NCBI GenBank assembly: GCA_032718475.1 | Contig: JAUCBJ010006410.1 | Location: 16,443-80,442, forward strand | Origin: Nemertoderma westbladi | Taxonomy: Eukaryota; Animalia; Xenacoelomorpha | Direction of reading: 5' to 3' | Length of the DNA stretch: 64,000 nt | Part shown: positions 1-10,657 of the stretch, piece by piece | How the letters are laid out: each line of letters opens with the position of its first letter | How positions within the stretch are numbered: position 1 is the stretch's first letter | The notes under the pieces: model-generated | Told to the model about the DNA's origin: nothing | Database searches by the model: none | Seen by the model: only the letters and a program-made list of their open reading frames with translations | Position numbers and translations under genes: made by a program

Positions 1-637
1 TCGCTTATGTTTACTGGAAAGAGACAGAGAACTCTCCGGAAACTATGGAAGACAAGATACTCTTCCCACGACCACCTCCCTAATCCAACAAACATCTAGG
101 GACTCCCCAGCTTAGTAGCGTATGGAGTGGGTGTGTGACCAGATTATTTTATATTCTTATCATTTTATATTTATGTATATATTATTATGTAATTTTATTA
201 TAATCGTTTTCTTTAATTTTATTTAGCAGAATGTTATTTTAGCGATTATTTAGTAGATTAGTGCAATATATATTCGCGTTCATTACTTAATTACTTATAT
301 ATTATATATTTAGTGCGACGGCGAGAAATAATTCTTTTTCTCCTTCCTTACTGTCCGTATTACATTACAAATACGTAACTACAGTAAGATGAAATATCCG
401 TACTTATTAAAGTACAATAAAGCTCCTACTATATTCAAGTATTATTGGTAAGTAGAGTATTAGGAATGCAAAATTCAGATCCTTGTGTCTCGGCTAAACC
501 AAGCTCTGGGTAGACCTTGGAAACGACTTGCCTCTTCTCACTGACATTGCTTCGTGCGATATTGCTCTCATACCGTATATTAAATAATACATATAGTAGC
601 GTGATGTCCCTTTAACAGTAGCGTATAACGCAAAATA

Positions 638-965
638 AATCTGTTAAACCCTTTGACCATCTGCAATTCTAGTCGATTAAGATATCGCGGCACCCACCGA
701 TATGCTTGAAAGACCAAATTCTAGAATCAGTGGTTAACGTCCCCAGACATGTTCTGGAATAAACTGGTGCCCATCCTAAATATTAATTATTAATATTTAC
801 AAAATCTGTCGAATTTTAGATCCTTTAAAATTCTAGTCGATTAAGATATCGTAGCACTTACCGATACTCTTAAAAAGACAAAATTCCTAGAATCAAGGAT
901 CCCAGTCCCCAGACACGTTCTGGAATAAAATTGTGTCTATTTAACATTAAATAATAAAATTTACG
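638..965 (+). repeat. Two diverged direct copies of a ~164-bp unit with internal hairpins
   Basis: AATTCTAGTCGATTAAGATATCG at 665 and 829; GTCCCCAGACAyGTTCTGGAATAAA present in both copies. Confidence 0.85.
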
Positions 966-1248
966 GGAATAAATTTAAATTCATATATTTCAATGAATTT
1001 AATAAATTGTCATTTTTATACAATTTATAACATTCCCAAAATTCCATTAATAAATAGATCATGGGAGCGGAGATTCACTCTATTAAGCGTATTTGTGTGC
1101 GAGAATCTCCAATATATAGTCAATAGCCGATAAAATTCATAAAATCATGTATAGAGAGGATATTGACCATTAAAGAATTACTATTAAATAGCATCCCAGA
1201 TCTGTATGCATGAGAATTACCCTAATTCTACCGCTAGCTTTCCATAAT

Positions 1249-1262
1249 GTCACCATGGCAAC
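1249..1262. promoter_or_regulatory. RFX X-box-like motif GTCACCATGGCAAC
   Basis: Matches the X-box consensus GTNRCC(N0-3)RGYAAC; about 490 bp upstream of the ATG at 1751. Confidence 0.4.
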
Positions 1263-1750
1263 AACCACGCTAGAATTAGAAGTGAGTTAAAAGAACAATA
1301 GAAAGCTTGCCCCATTGAAAAGCATAGGGAATAAATAGCGCACTGCTAGTATCCAAGGATACATAATAAATAAAGTGATATTCTGGAAGGTACTGACTAA
1401 CGGACAAATGGCCCGAATATGTACAGTTTGTGGCAGTTGTGTTGAATTTGTGCGTTCATAGGTGAATGTTACTGCTAAAGTGTGTTTACAGTAGCTAGTC
1501 GCAATTGTGAAAGTAGCCCTAACTCTCCAGAAAGAACCTGAAGTACATCTAAGCCTTTGGGACGGACAGTGGAGTGACTTGTGCCGGTTATCGTTGTCGT
1601 TGTGTAGCTACATCGTTGGCGAAAGCACAGCGACGATGGTACATCGGCGCTGAGGATCTTGCACTGTCCGGGGGCAAAAGAGGGGTAGGCAGCGACGCCC
1701 GCTAGCCTAATATATAAACTCATTATAATATTGATAAACTCATAGCAGAT

Positions 1751-2287
1751 ATGACTGAGTTGATAGAAGATGATCTTGGTATCAGGGAGCGATATACTCT
1801 ACCTTTACAAGCGTTTGTCGATAGCTTGATACGCGGCGATGCTGGCCCAACTACTACGGAGGATGATGGTCGTTATATCGAACCGCCAATGTCCCAGGAG
1901 CAACTTACGCGTGAATTGGACTATCGAAAGTTCACCGCTCGCTATACGCATCGTAATGGTACGTATATGGACTTCTTAACTACTGGCCATCCTATCGATT
2001 TACACTATACGGACGACGTAGACACCGAAAGGGAAATGGTTTTATTTAAATATCATACCCAGCGGAGTCGGAACGATAAACCGAGAATAGAACACGAGAA
2101 CTCTATTCGAAACAGACTCGAAAGGGAAGACGTTGAAGAGCCGGATAGACGCAGCGACTTCAACAATTATCTGGAATTCCTGAGAGAGACATATCTCAAT
2201 ATTGCCAGCCAACAAAATCTCGAAACTCGATATCCTCAAGGTATACATCATGATCCTATGATAGAACTCAAACGTTTTCACGTTTGA
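1751..2287 (+). CDS. 178-aa ORF, probably the N-terminal part of the element's extra ORF
   Basis: ATG start; same composition as the next ORF, which it overlaps in the -1 frame (that frame is open from 2254). Confidence 0.5.
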   Translation: MTELIEDDLGIRERYTLPLQAFVDSLIRGDAGPTTTEDDGRYIEPPMSQEQLTRELDYRKFTARYTHRNGTYMDFLTTGHPIDLHYTDDVDTEREMVLFKYHTQRSRNDKPRIEHENSIRNRLEREDVEEPDRRSDFNNYLEFLRETYLNIASQQNLETRYPQGIHHDPMIELKRFHV

Positions 2288-4857
2288 ACTATTTCTATTT
2301 CACTATGATGTATCTTACCGCCGATCGACCACTACCTGTCGTCCCAGATAGCTTCGAACAGATGGAGGAATATTGTAAAACTGGAGAACGATCATCCGCG
2401 TTTCCCCTGCAGGACGTGCGCCTTTGGTATTACTGCGACGAATGCCCTAGACCCAATCAGCAAACGGAAAGACATAAACATCCGCGGAGACGTTGCGCTA
2501 AACACAGTTTTACACGATATACTTATGGGAGTTTCGAGCGAAACCTATTCGACGTATCACCTACGGTCGCTCAGCTCAAACAATCCTTGAATAAACCAAT
2601 GATCAGAGTTCCGGAATACTCGGTCAGACCTCCTCATTCCTCAGTTAGACCTCAGACTCTTGATCCTAATAGTATCACGGATCCTCCCGAACTGTACTCA
2701 CTGTTCAAAGATCTAGTGTTACCCGAACAGTTGATCGGTGGCACTCCGGTAGTAGGCTCACTAGATATTCGCCAACCCTACCTAGCTGGATTGGGACACG
2801 GTCATCTAATATCGCCGTTTAACCCATACAACCGTCCCGGCTTCACCTCGATCCAACCCATTACGGAAGTCGAAGAGAGCGTCGTACGAAACGCATTAGA
2901 CGCTATTCGGCAGAAAATCGGAAAGGGAACTTACGATTGTTTGGAGAAACGTAAATTGCAGCAACAAGTCCAAGCGGTGAATGAATTAGCTTTACCCCAG
3001 TTCGATAGAGAAATACAAAATCTCGAGGAGGACATCGAACGTGGACGAACCTACTCTTTACAAGAGTTCCTAGATGAGCGTCTACAACAACAAGCGGAGG
3101 ATAATCAGCTCGAGGAAAGACATATAGAACTAGATGAGAGAGAAGAAGCAGCTTTAGCCCAACCCGAAGCTCAAATCCTTATGACGGATCTCTACTCTAA
3201 AACCATCCTTCATCCCTCGATGGTTCCCCATTTCGGAGACAAACTCTTTGCGACGGTACAACCCCAACCGGTTGATATCAACCTAAGATCTCGAGATCTT
3301 ATCGCTGACGCTCCCATGTTGCAACGTCCGCCCATCGAAGCCGCTCGTGTCGATGGTATACTCGTTGAACCTCCGGACAATAGAGCGGATCTTGTCCGTC
3401 GCATGGTACACGATGTAAACATACGCGCTAGACCTTTACCGGACTCGTTTTATGGGATCAAAGATCACTCTTATTACGTCAATCTAACACAATATTACAT
3501 GGTAAAACCAGAAGATCCTACACATAGTCTGAGGTTTCTACCACTCATAAATCCTCTCGATCTTGTCGAACTCGAACAACTGCTGAAACATCTGGATCAG
3601 TTAGTTAAAATAAACTCATTTCGAAAACCATATAATGTTTCCAGAATAGAGAAAGAAACAATACCTCCGTATAATCTTGATGGATTCATCAAAACTCGAT
3701 TAGTACACTGGAATCTTGACGTGTTATTCGAGGAGGAAAGAATACAACGATATGGAGATGTGGAAACATATACCACACAATATTTAAAGTATAGAGATCT
3801 ACCTAATGCAAGCGAATGCGCTACCTTGTGGCATCCAGTGGGAATGACCCTCGAAAACGCCACTAAAGAGTGGAACGAAACTCTTAACGTTATCGAGATG
3901 TATGGATTTGTCACTTACGATAACGAAGGTAGCATTCCGGTTGGAGAACTGGGAACTACGCGGATGATACACATACGAGGACTCGCTGGTTCTACCCACG
4001 TATTTACTCGAGCGTGTTCCGATGTGATTGATTATTCTTTTGAAACTCTTACTGAGACACAAAAGAAACTCCGACATGGACAATTCGAACTCGCGCAGCG
4101 TTACGTCACCGACACCGAGCGCAAACCGGCCATGGGTATCGATGGATCGATGTTACCCCAGCCCGTGCTCGAGATGTTGTTTAACGAAAGAATCCTTAAA
4201 ATCGGCTCAGCTGTTTATGGAGACCTACAAAACGACTTTCGGAATATGGAGAACATTCCATACCCTTTCGTTGATACTCAGCTGATTGCTCCCTGGGCAG
4301 AAGGCCGAGGTTTCTTCCGCACTATGTATGCCAATACACCCAGCGGCATTACTAAAGTACAACGAACCTCCATCGGACATCTTGCCTTTCAAGAATACGG
4401 ATGGAATTTCAAGGTTGGAAATCCTATCAATTACCGACAAGTATATGGAGATCATTATTCTCGTTTATACTTTGATGGACCATTGACCGCACCTGGCGCC
4501 GTGTATAGCTTTATGAGTGTTCCACTTCGTCCCTCCTTAGCTATATACACGATCTTTGAAAACGCAGCACTTGCCGGTTGGCTAGCCGATGTGTGCAGTC
4601 GTACCATACGCGCCCATCCCTTAATACTTGGAACCAAACTCGCCAAGTTAGATGAACACAATAAATTCATCCGCTTCGAATGTTTCAGGCGCTTTCTGAC
4701 TCCGTTCCGTAACGTTGATAGTCAGTTCAAAGACCGCGCTCTGACCAAACTCAGCCTAAGAGACTCAGCTGCGGAGAAGCTAAACAGCGCGGGATTTGCC
4801 CTCTTTCAGGACGTTTGTATACAGAACTTACATTCATCTGTTATACAAAGACCCTGA
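2284..4857 (+). CDS. Protein with Cys/His cluster, coiled coil and DEDDy (DnaQ-like; WRN/Mut-7/EXD/Egalitarian-type) 3'-5' exonuclease domain
   Basis: ExoI-like GFVTYDNEG (3904-3930); ExoII-like LPQPVLEMLFNERILKIGSAVYGDL; PFVDTQ; SIGHLA; ExoIII-like YTIFEN (4546-4563). N-terminal CDEC...H...C..H cluster. Confidence 0.7.
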   Translation: MNYFYFTMMYLTADRPLPVVPDSFEQMEEYCKTGERSSAFPLQDVRLWYYCDECPRPNQQTERHKHPRRRCAKHSFTRYTYGSFERNLFDVSPTVAQLKQSLNKPMIRVPEYSVRPPHSSVRPQTLDPNSITDPPELYSLFKDLVLPEQLIGGTPVVGSLDIRQPYLAGLGHGHLISPFNPYNRPGFTSIQPITEVEESVVRNALDAIRQKIGKGTYDCLEKRKLQQQVQAVNELALPQFDREIQNLEEDIERGRTYSLQEFLDERLQQQAEDNQLEERHIELDEREEAALAQPEAQILMTDLYSKTILHPSMVPHFGDKLFATVQPQPVDINLRSRDLIADAPMLQRPPIEAARVDGILVEPPDNRADLVRRMVHDVNIRARPLPDSFYGIKDHSYYVNLTQYYMVKPEDPTHSLRFLPLINPLDLVELEQLLKHLDQLVKINSFRKPYNVSRIEKETIPPYNLDGFIKTRLVHWNLDVLFEEERIQRYGDVETYTTQYLKYRDLPNASECATLWHPVGMTLENATKEWNETLNVIEMYGFVTYDNEGSIPVGELGTTRMIHIRGLAGSTHVFTRACSDVIDYSFETLTETQKKLRHGQFELAQRYVTDTERKPAMGIDGSMLPQPVLEMLFNERILKIGSAVYGDLQNDFRNMENIPYPFVDTQLIAPWAEGRGFFRTMYANTPSGITKVQRTSIGHLAFQEYGWNFKVGNPINYRQVYGDHYSRLYFDGPLTAPGAVYSFMSVPLRPSLAIYTIFENAALAGWLADVCSRTIRAHPLILGTKLAKLDEHNKFIRFECFRRFLTPFRNVDSQFKDRALTKLSLRDSAAEKLNSAGFALFQDVCIQNLHSSVIQRP

Positions 4858-4878
4858 ATACCCACAGGTTATTCTGTC

Positions 4879-6015
4879 GTGGAAGTTCAGACAGTGGGTC
4901 CGCTTGCGGAGACAGCCGCACCTACCTCAGCTATGCAATTGGAAGACGAACCAATATGCTTAGAATCTGAAGCGATCCAGCCTACAGCGCCCCGGAGCAG
5001 CGATATCGATTACGTCTTGGAGTGGTATCAAGGTCCACAATGTCTCACCGCATACGATTATCGACACGCCAACTATGTTTCTCGAAAACGTTGTCGATTA
5101 TGCGCATCGAGAGACCATTTCACCCCTATGGACTCCGACGTACCCTGCTCCTATTTCCACGAACAACCGATGATGGAAATCTATTGTGCGTATTGCAGAC
5201 TTAATAACTCGCACATTTTTGCAGTCTGCCCCCCATTTATGACTCAATGCCACCACTGTCAACTTAAAGGACATGCCAGTTATAATTGCCCCTTTAACCG
5301 CGATTTAGAAAGCGTAGATGAGATGATTACCCTGCGCTACATCCGAGCTTGGGAAGCGAACGCGGATTTACATTGTGAGTCCCGCCATCGCTACTACCCT
5401 GGACGCTCTTACGAGGGAGTTTACGCGTTCCATCCTTATTTATTCGCGTCTGTGGAACAAAAAACACGCACACCGAGTTACGAACTAATGAAGCGTGTTG
5501 GTGAGTGTATTTCCACCAAATTTGTTCGAAAATATCTTAGGAACGTCAATCCTAACGATATTACTTCATACCATTTGATCAATTTCATCCGTCAAGACCC
5601 TGAGTATGGCGATTTATTTATCAACTCGCACCCTGAGTTACCAGAAGTATCTCGACGGCCCTACGAATATCGAGCCCGAGAATGCGAGCTGGAAAGAACC
5701 ATTAAACCGAGGAAGTTTCTCACCACTCACGGTCCGCCTACCGCCATTGTCCAGACGACCCGTCAAGGACCCGTAGGAGCTGCTGTCCTAAGACGCGCCC
5801 TAAAGGCCGTTAGACCTCGCTCCACTGAAGTTGATATCGATCAACCAGGTACCTCGACCGGCGGATACACCGATCGTAATCCTAAACCTTCTGATGCAAT
5901 AGTATTGCACCCTTCACCCAGGAGTTACAGCCCTCCTAGTAAAGTGGCTCGCCCCAAAGAGAAAAGGACTCTTGCTAGCCTCAAAAAACTGCGTAAACGC
6001 CGTAAGAAAGACTAA
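4879..6015 (+). CDS. CCHC zinc-knuckle protein with basic C-terminal tail; in-frame continuation of the exonuclease ORF
   Basis: CRLCASRDH..C, CAYCRLNNSHIFAVC, CHHCQLKGHASYNC; ends LKKLRKRRKKD. Same frame as 2284-4857, separated only by TGA at 4855-4857. Confidence 0.7.
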   Translation: MEVQTVGPLAETAAPTSAMQLEDEPICLESEAIQPTAPRSSDIDYVLEWYQGPQCLTAYDYRHANYVSRKRCRLCASRDHFTPMDSDVPCSYFHEQPMMEIYCAYCRLNNSHIFAVCPPFMTQCHHCQLKGHASYNCPFNRDLESVDEMITLRYIRAWEANADLHCESRHRYYPGRSYEGVYAFHPYLFASVEQKTRTPSYELMKRVGECISTKFVRKYLRNVNPNDITSYHLINFIRQDPEYGDLFINSHPELPEVSRRPYEYRARECELERTIKPRKFLTTHGPPTAIVQTTRQGPVGAAVLRRALKAVRPRSTEVDIDQPGTSTGGYTDRNPKPSDAIVLHPSPRSYSPPSKVARPKEKRTLASLKKLRKRRKKD

Positions 6016-6092
6016 CTGTTTAGAGTATTTTTATATTTAGAAACTGTGATTTTTTATATTTTATAGACTTAAATCCCATTTTCTGGGAGCGG

Positions 6093-6711
6093 TGTAAAAG
6101 CTTTTACGGAATTAGCCGGTTATTTTCCCCGTAAAGTGCTCTGTAGTTGTTTTAACAGGCATAAAAGGCCGTATCCTTACTGTACTGATGTTTTAGGGGA
6201 CATAAAAAGCTATTTCTTCTGTATGTGTACTTTAGCGGACATAATTAGCAATTCTATGACGCAATGCGCTAGATCCTCTTGAAACAGTGTAGCTACCATG
6301 ACGACGGCTAACAGCTGATGCTGTACACGTGGAGCTTTTCCTTTGTTCTCTGTTCCTTCTTTGTTCGGTCGACCAATCAGAGCGTTTTTTGACTCTGTGT
6401 TGGAGATTGTATACAGAAACTCGTGGAGTTGAGTCAGTATGTGTTTTATCCACTGCCTAGAACACCGGCTTTGGAACCTCCGTGTTTCAGACTTTAGCCC
6501 TACATTAGTAGGCTTAATTATAGAACGTATATCTGTTATCATATCTCATATCAATCAAACATAACCATTCATACCTCAACCTTTGTACTGCTATTTACTG
6601 TCAGTTATTCATTATATATGTTGATGGAATATTATTATATTTGGAATACCGATAAATGATTACAAACCCTCGATCTTCTTGATATACCGAAGGTTAGAGA
6701 GACCGGTTACA
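6093..6711 (+). repeat. Candidate 3' LTR (619 bp)
   Basis: Begins TGTAA and ends TTACA (5-bp inverted termini); preceded by a PPT-like GGGAGCGG about 70 bp after the ORF stop. Confidence 0.55.
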
Positions 6712-8089
6712 TATAACGATTGCGACTTACATTAAAGTGGTTTGAAGTGAATCTAATGCTATTTCATAGGCACTACATGTATTGTCTGTTGTTCTCTTTA
6801 TATGTGACTAAAATTAGTGAAGGTCGGCAGATCAGTGTGCAGCATTGTGCAGTATTGTGTATGATTGTGACTGATAACAAAGCCTCTCCCAAAGAATGCG
6901 CCATATACGTGAATCTATAGCCATCCCGTTGTGTCTAGTTTAAGTCATAACTCTGTTTACATATTTAGAGCGCCACGTCCTAAAGGAACTGTTAATATTT
7001 CCCGAAAGTGAATAATATTTGTCAGAGATTATATATTACGACCAGTCGAATAATACAGTAGGCCTACCCCGCAATACGGTTAGGCTTCCGAATCCAGTCT
7101 CCCGGGTATATCCAGCGGGTGAATGATCGCGCATAGACTGGCTTCGGCTAATGTAGTGTATCAAATACTCGTCATAGGCTAAAGTCGATTTATTATCTAG
7201 AAGACATCCAAATTTGGCAGGTTAAACTGCTAAAGGTCTGAAAGCGCGAACAGTGCAACATCAATTGGCTCTCTGCCATCCACAATAAAATAAGAAAAAA
7301 TAAATAAAACCCAGTATAATTTTGGAACCTTAAACCGTCATTATTGTATACAGTGCAATTATTAGAGTACGAACTGTAAATTAGGACGATGGATGTTGGA
7401 CTGTAAAGACGATTTCTTCTTATTGTAGTAAAGTAGCTATCAGGTTCAGCTATCTCTCTTTATCAGGAAACACTTCAAAGCAAAGTTCTTTCGTAATTGC
7501 TAATTGCTCAGTATCCCATTTTATCAAGTTTACGGTATTTTTTGATAAATAGGTGATTGACTGATCTCATAAAAGGCCGGCACATTCTGCCGTTGCTACT
7601 GTACACTACATGCATGCTACGCTCTGTGTTCGTACATGTATAAGCGTGTGCTGACGTACATTGCAATAGATAAGCATATACTCACTTCTGTATGCATAGT
7701 GGAGGCCTAATAAGGTAAAGAGCAAATATGCCGGGACACAAACCTTTTAATGTTTTATTTAGCAAATTGTTCTAGAGACACTAAGAAATGTTACGACAAA
7801 AACACACCTTGAAAAATTGGCCCTTGGGAGATCTGTTAAATTGACGAAACTAACATTAGCAACAATAATTTTCCATAGCAACAAGTTAAACTACATATTT
7901 GTGGTAATTTCCACCGATGACAACTTGGCATTTCTACAGTAGTTATCTATGCCGTGCCGTGTTTTCCTGTTAGCGCCCCCATTCCTGTCCCCCCCCCCCC
8001 CCCCCGAATTTCCACTTACCCCCCGACCATTCCTGTTACCCCCCATATAATCCATATTTTGTATTTTCCATATTTCTCATTTCTCCATA

Positions 8090-8938
8090 TATGGAGATTA
8101 ATCCGTATGTGATTTTAAAGATTAGGCATTGCGGACCAGTAAGAAGTGCACAGCACACATGCAGACTGAAGACAGGTAGGCCTACTTAAAAGCGATATGA
8201 TTTAAAGAGTGCGGCTGCCGCTACCTAATGCAGTAATGGCAAATAAACATTGTAGGTCCAGGATGAGTGACAGCTGACAGATGATGTCCTTCAGCCCCGG
8301 GATGCCTTGTTTTATTGTACTAACTGACACCTGGCCGCCCGGTTGGACTTAGATTAATTACTGGCACCCGGTTGCACTCGCTGACACGTGGTTTGACTAA
8401 CTGGCACTACGTTGGACTTGTTGGCACTTGGTTGCATATGGTTAACTAAATACTGGCCCCGAAACAGCCAAAATAAAAGGTACATATATTATATGTTAAT
8501 AAATTCACAAAGACAGACACGATGGTTTTCAATATCTGTGCGAATGTTTATTCCCTTAGCATTCTCATTGCTGCTTCTATCAGTCTATACTATGTTAGTG
8601 CCATATACTGTAACAACCAACAACATTCTATAGCCAGGTTGGTGGAAAAACAGTTCAAAAATAAATCACGGTTGGTTAGATTTCCAAGCGGCGTCAAGAA
8701 GTGTTAACCGGTTAATAGGTACTGCACTGCTGGCGCATCCTGGGGCTGGCGGACACCGGCTGTCACTCATCCTGGACTGTCCTGCATTGTTTATTTGACA
8801 AAAGGTAGCGGCCGCCACACTCTTTAAATCACTTAGCTTTAAGTAGGCCTACCTGTCTTCAGTCTGCATGTGTGATGTGCACTTCTTACTGGTCCGCAAT
8901 GCCTAATCTCTAAAATCACATACGGATTATTCTCCATA
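8090..8938. mobile_element. Non-autonomous TIR element (MITE) with ~200-bp inverted repeats
   Basis: TATGGAGATTAATCCGTATGTGATTTT...CCAGGATGAGTGACAG is mirrored at ~8740-8938; no clear TSD. Confidence 0.85.
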
Positions 8939-9884
8939 GGAATCCATCACATAGGGCACATACGCGTATGTACTGTACATACGGATACGGCAAATGCATA
9001 CGAATACGGATACGGCGAAAAGTTATACCCATAAACCATGTCTTTTAATAACCGTGGACAGGGATCAAGTGTAAATACTAAATAGTAGTGGGCCGAATCG
9101 TTGTTAAACGAGCAATTACAGTATGTCTCTCAACAGAGGTACACTAAATCCCCCGACATGGAGTCACTAACACTGGAACATTTACTCGAGTGTCTGTATT
9201 TTTTTACATGTTTCCTTTATTGAAAAATATCGTGAAGTTTTATATTTGAAAAATCCCCCCAAATACAGAAAATTGGCGGGAACGTTTGAAACTCTCATAA
9301 CTTCAAAGTCGATTTTCTCAAAACTTTGTTAATATTAAGACTGCTAATTTTGAAAATTCATTATCTTGACAACACGTTATTGAATTTGAAATCTGTGTTC
9401 AGTTTCCGATTCATCATAAAAATGTGTATTTGAAAAAAAAAACATACAAATTTATTTTTTGTAACCGCGTAGGTCGGTTTCTTGATCAAACCTCACATAC
9501 TGTATGTTAACGTTGTTTAATTTCATTCATTTTGATTAGATTTGTTAATTTTGAGTCCCCCCCCCCCCCTTTATAGCTCTGGCCCCTCCCCTTCTGAAAT
9601 CATGGCTACGCCACTGATCAGATATAGACAAATATCCGTTGGCCTAACTGCTTAAATAATTATTAGGAACAGATTATGACAGATTGTAATTGTTTGCTAA
9701 CTAACTTTGATCACTAATCATGTTGCAATGCTCAACATGTGCAAGTTACAGTTAGTATGCGGGTTACAAGGCTAATTGCTAATAAGAAGTTGACAGTAAC
9801 AATGTGTTGGCAAAGCTGTATTTTTCGAGGTGTTTGTTATTATGCATTTATTATAGGAAGGGATCTAGGGGTCTTTTACCTCGA

Positions 9885-9947
9885 ACGATCATCCGAATGT
9901 GGTTGTAGTCTCGGCTTCCACCTCGAGTTCCCTGGTTCGAATCCGAC
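9885..9947 (+). other. tRNA-derived (SINE-head-like) Pol III promoter region
   Basis: Perfect B box GGTTCGAATCC at 9934-9944; anticodon-arm-like CTCG..CTTCCAC..CGAG; weak A box; TTATA about 30 nt upstream. Confidence 0.55.
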
Positions 9948-9990
9948 ACCACGCTGATGAGACCCAGTAAGGTCGAAATGCGTACGTGGT
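9948..9990 (+). ncRNA. Minimal type I hammerhead ribozyme
   Basis: Stem I ACCACG/CGTGGT; CTGATGA (9954-9960); stem II GACC-CAGTAA-GGTC; GAAA; short stem III with TGCG; GTA cleavage triplet (predicted cut after 9984). Confidence 0.85.
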
Positions 9991-10657
9991 TTGGAGATAT
10001 ATGAGATATTAATTTCAAGAAAAATTACGCGATTCTTAAATTTGTACACTACCCGGTTAAAAAGTACGCATGTGATGGGATTAGTCCTACAATTGCGCCA
10101 ATAAAAGATAAGTTATTTTCGGTAAAAAAAACTTATCATTCGAGCACCTATAATAAATGCATAATAAGAAGTTAACTGACAGTCAGATTTGTAACTTTGG
10201 TACATGAATTCGTACCTTGGACATTTTGATCTTCTTATGGGTGCTTGGCTTTGTTACTGGCGACTTAAATTGGTAATTGGGCAGGGGGACTTCAATTTGT
10301 AACCAGTAACTTCAAATCGTAACCAGGTTGCCAACAAATCGTAACCAGGTTGCCAACAAAGATACAGATGATTTACTAAAAAATTTCTAAATTGACCCCA
10401 ACCCCCCGGAGGGACATCAGTTTGCTACCAGGTGGTCATATTTGTAACCAAGAAACACACATTGATTTGAAACCACTACCACAGATTCGTAAAAAGATTC
10501 GTATCACTAACCCGTGGCTGTGTCCTCTGTCAAACGAAAATTATAATGAAGATTTTGTGGCATTTGATTACAGATTAGGCCTAAATAACTGCAGAACTGT
10601 AACCCAGTACCGGTTGCGGGTAGGCCTAACTGCCTAAGTGAATAGCAGTGGATAGCA

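Larger units (their letters stand above)
1..6711 (+). mobile_element. 3' portion of a probable LTR retrotransposon carrying an extra ORF (gag/pol and 5' LTR would lie upstream of the window)
   Basis: Coding-like tail at 1-100, a 1.6-kb spacer, intronless ORFs at 1751-6015, then a short purine-rich tract GGGAGCGG directly followed by a TGTAA...TTACA-bounded segment. Only one LTR candidate is visible and no RT or integrase lies in the window. Confidence 0.55.

Noticed and set aside
121-400. GGAGTGGGTG-TGTGACC as the start of a 5' LTR
   Set aside because: The downstream sequence does not match the LTR candidate at 6093-6711.
4879-6015. nanos gene
   Set aside because: Cys/His spacing fits gag/AIR-type CCHC knuckles rather than the Nanos double finger, and the ORF continues the exonuclease frame.
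9885-9947. Functional tRNA-Gly gene (also 62570-62630 and the 52-kb units)
   Set aside because: No complete cloverleaf: acceptor or anticodon stems are missing or replaced.
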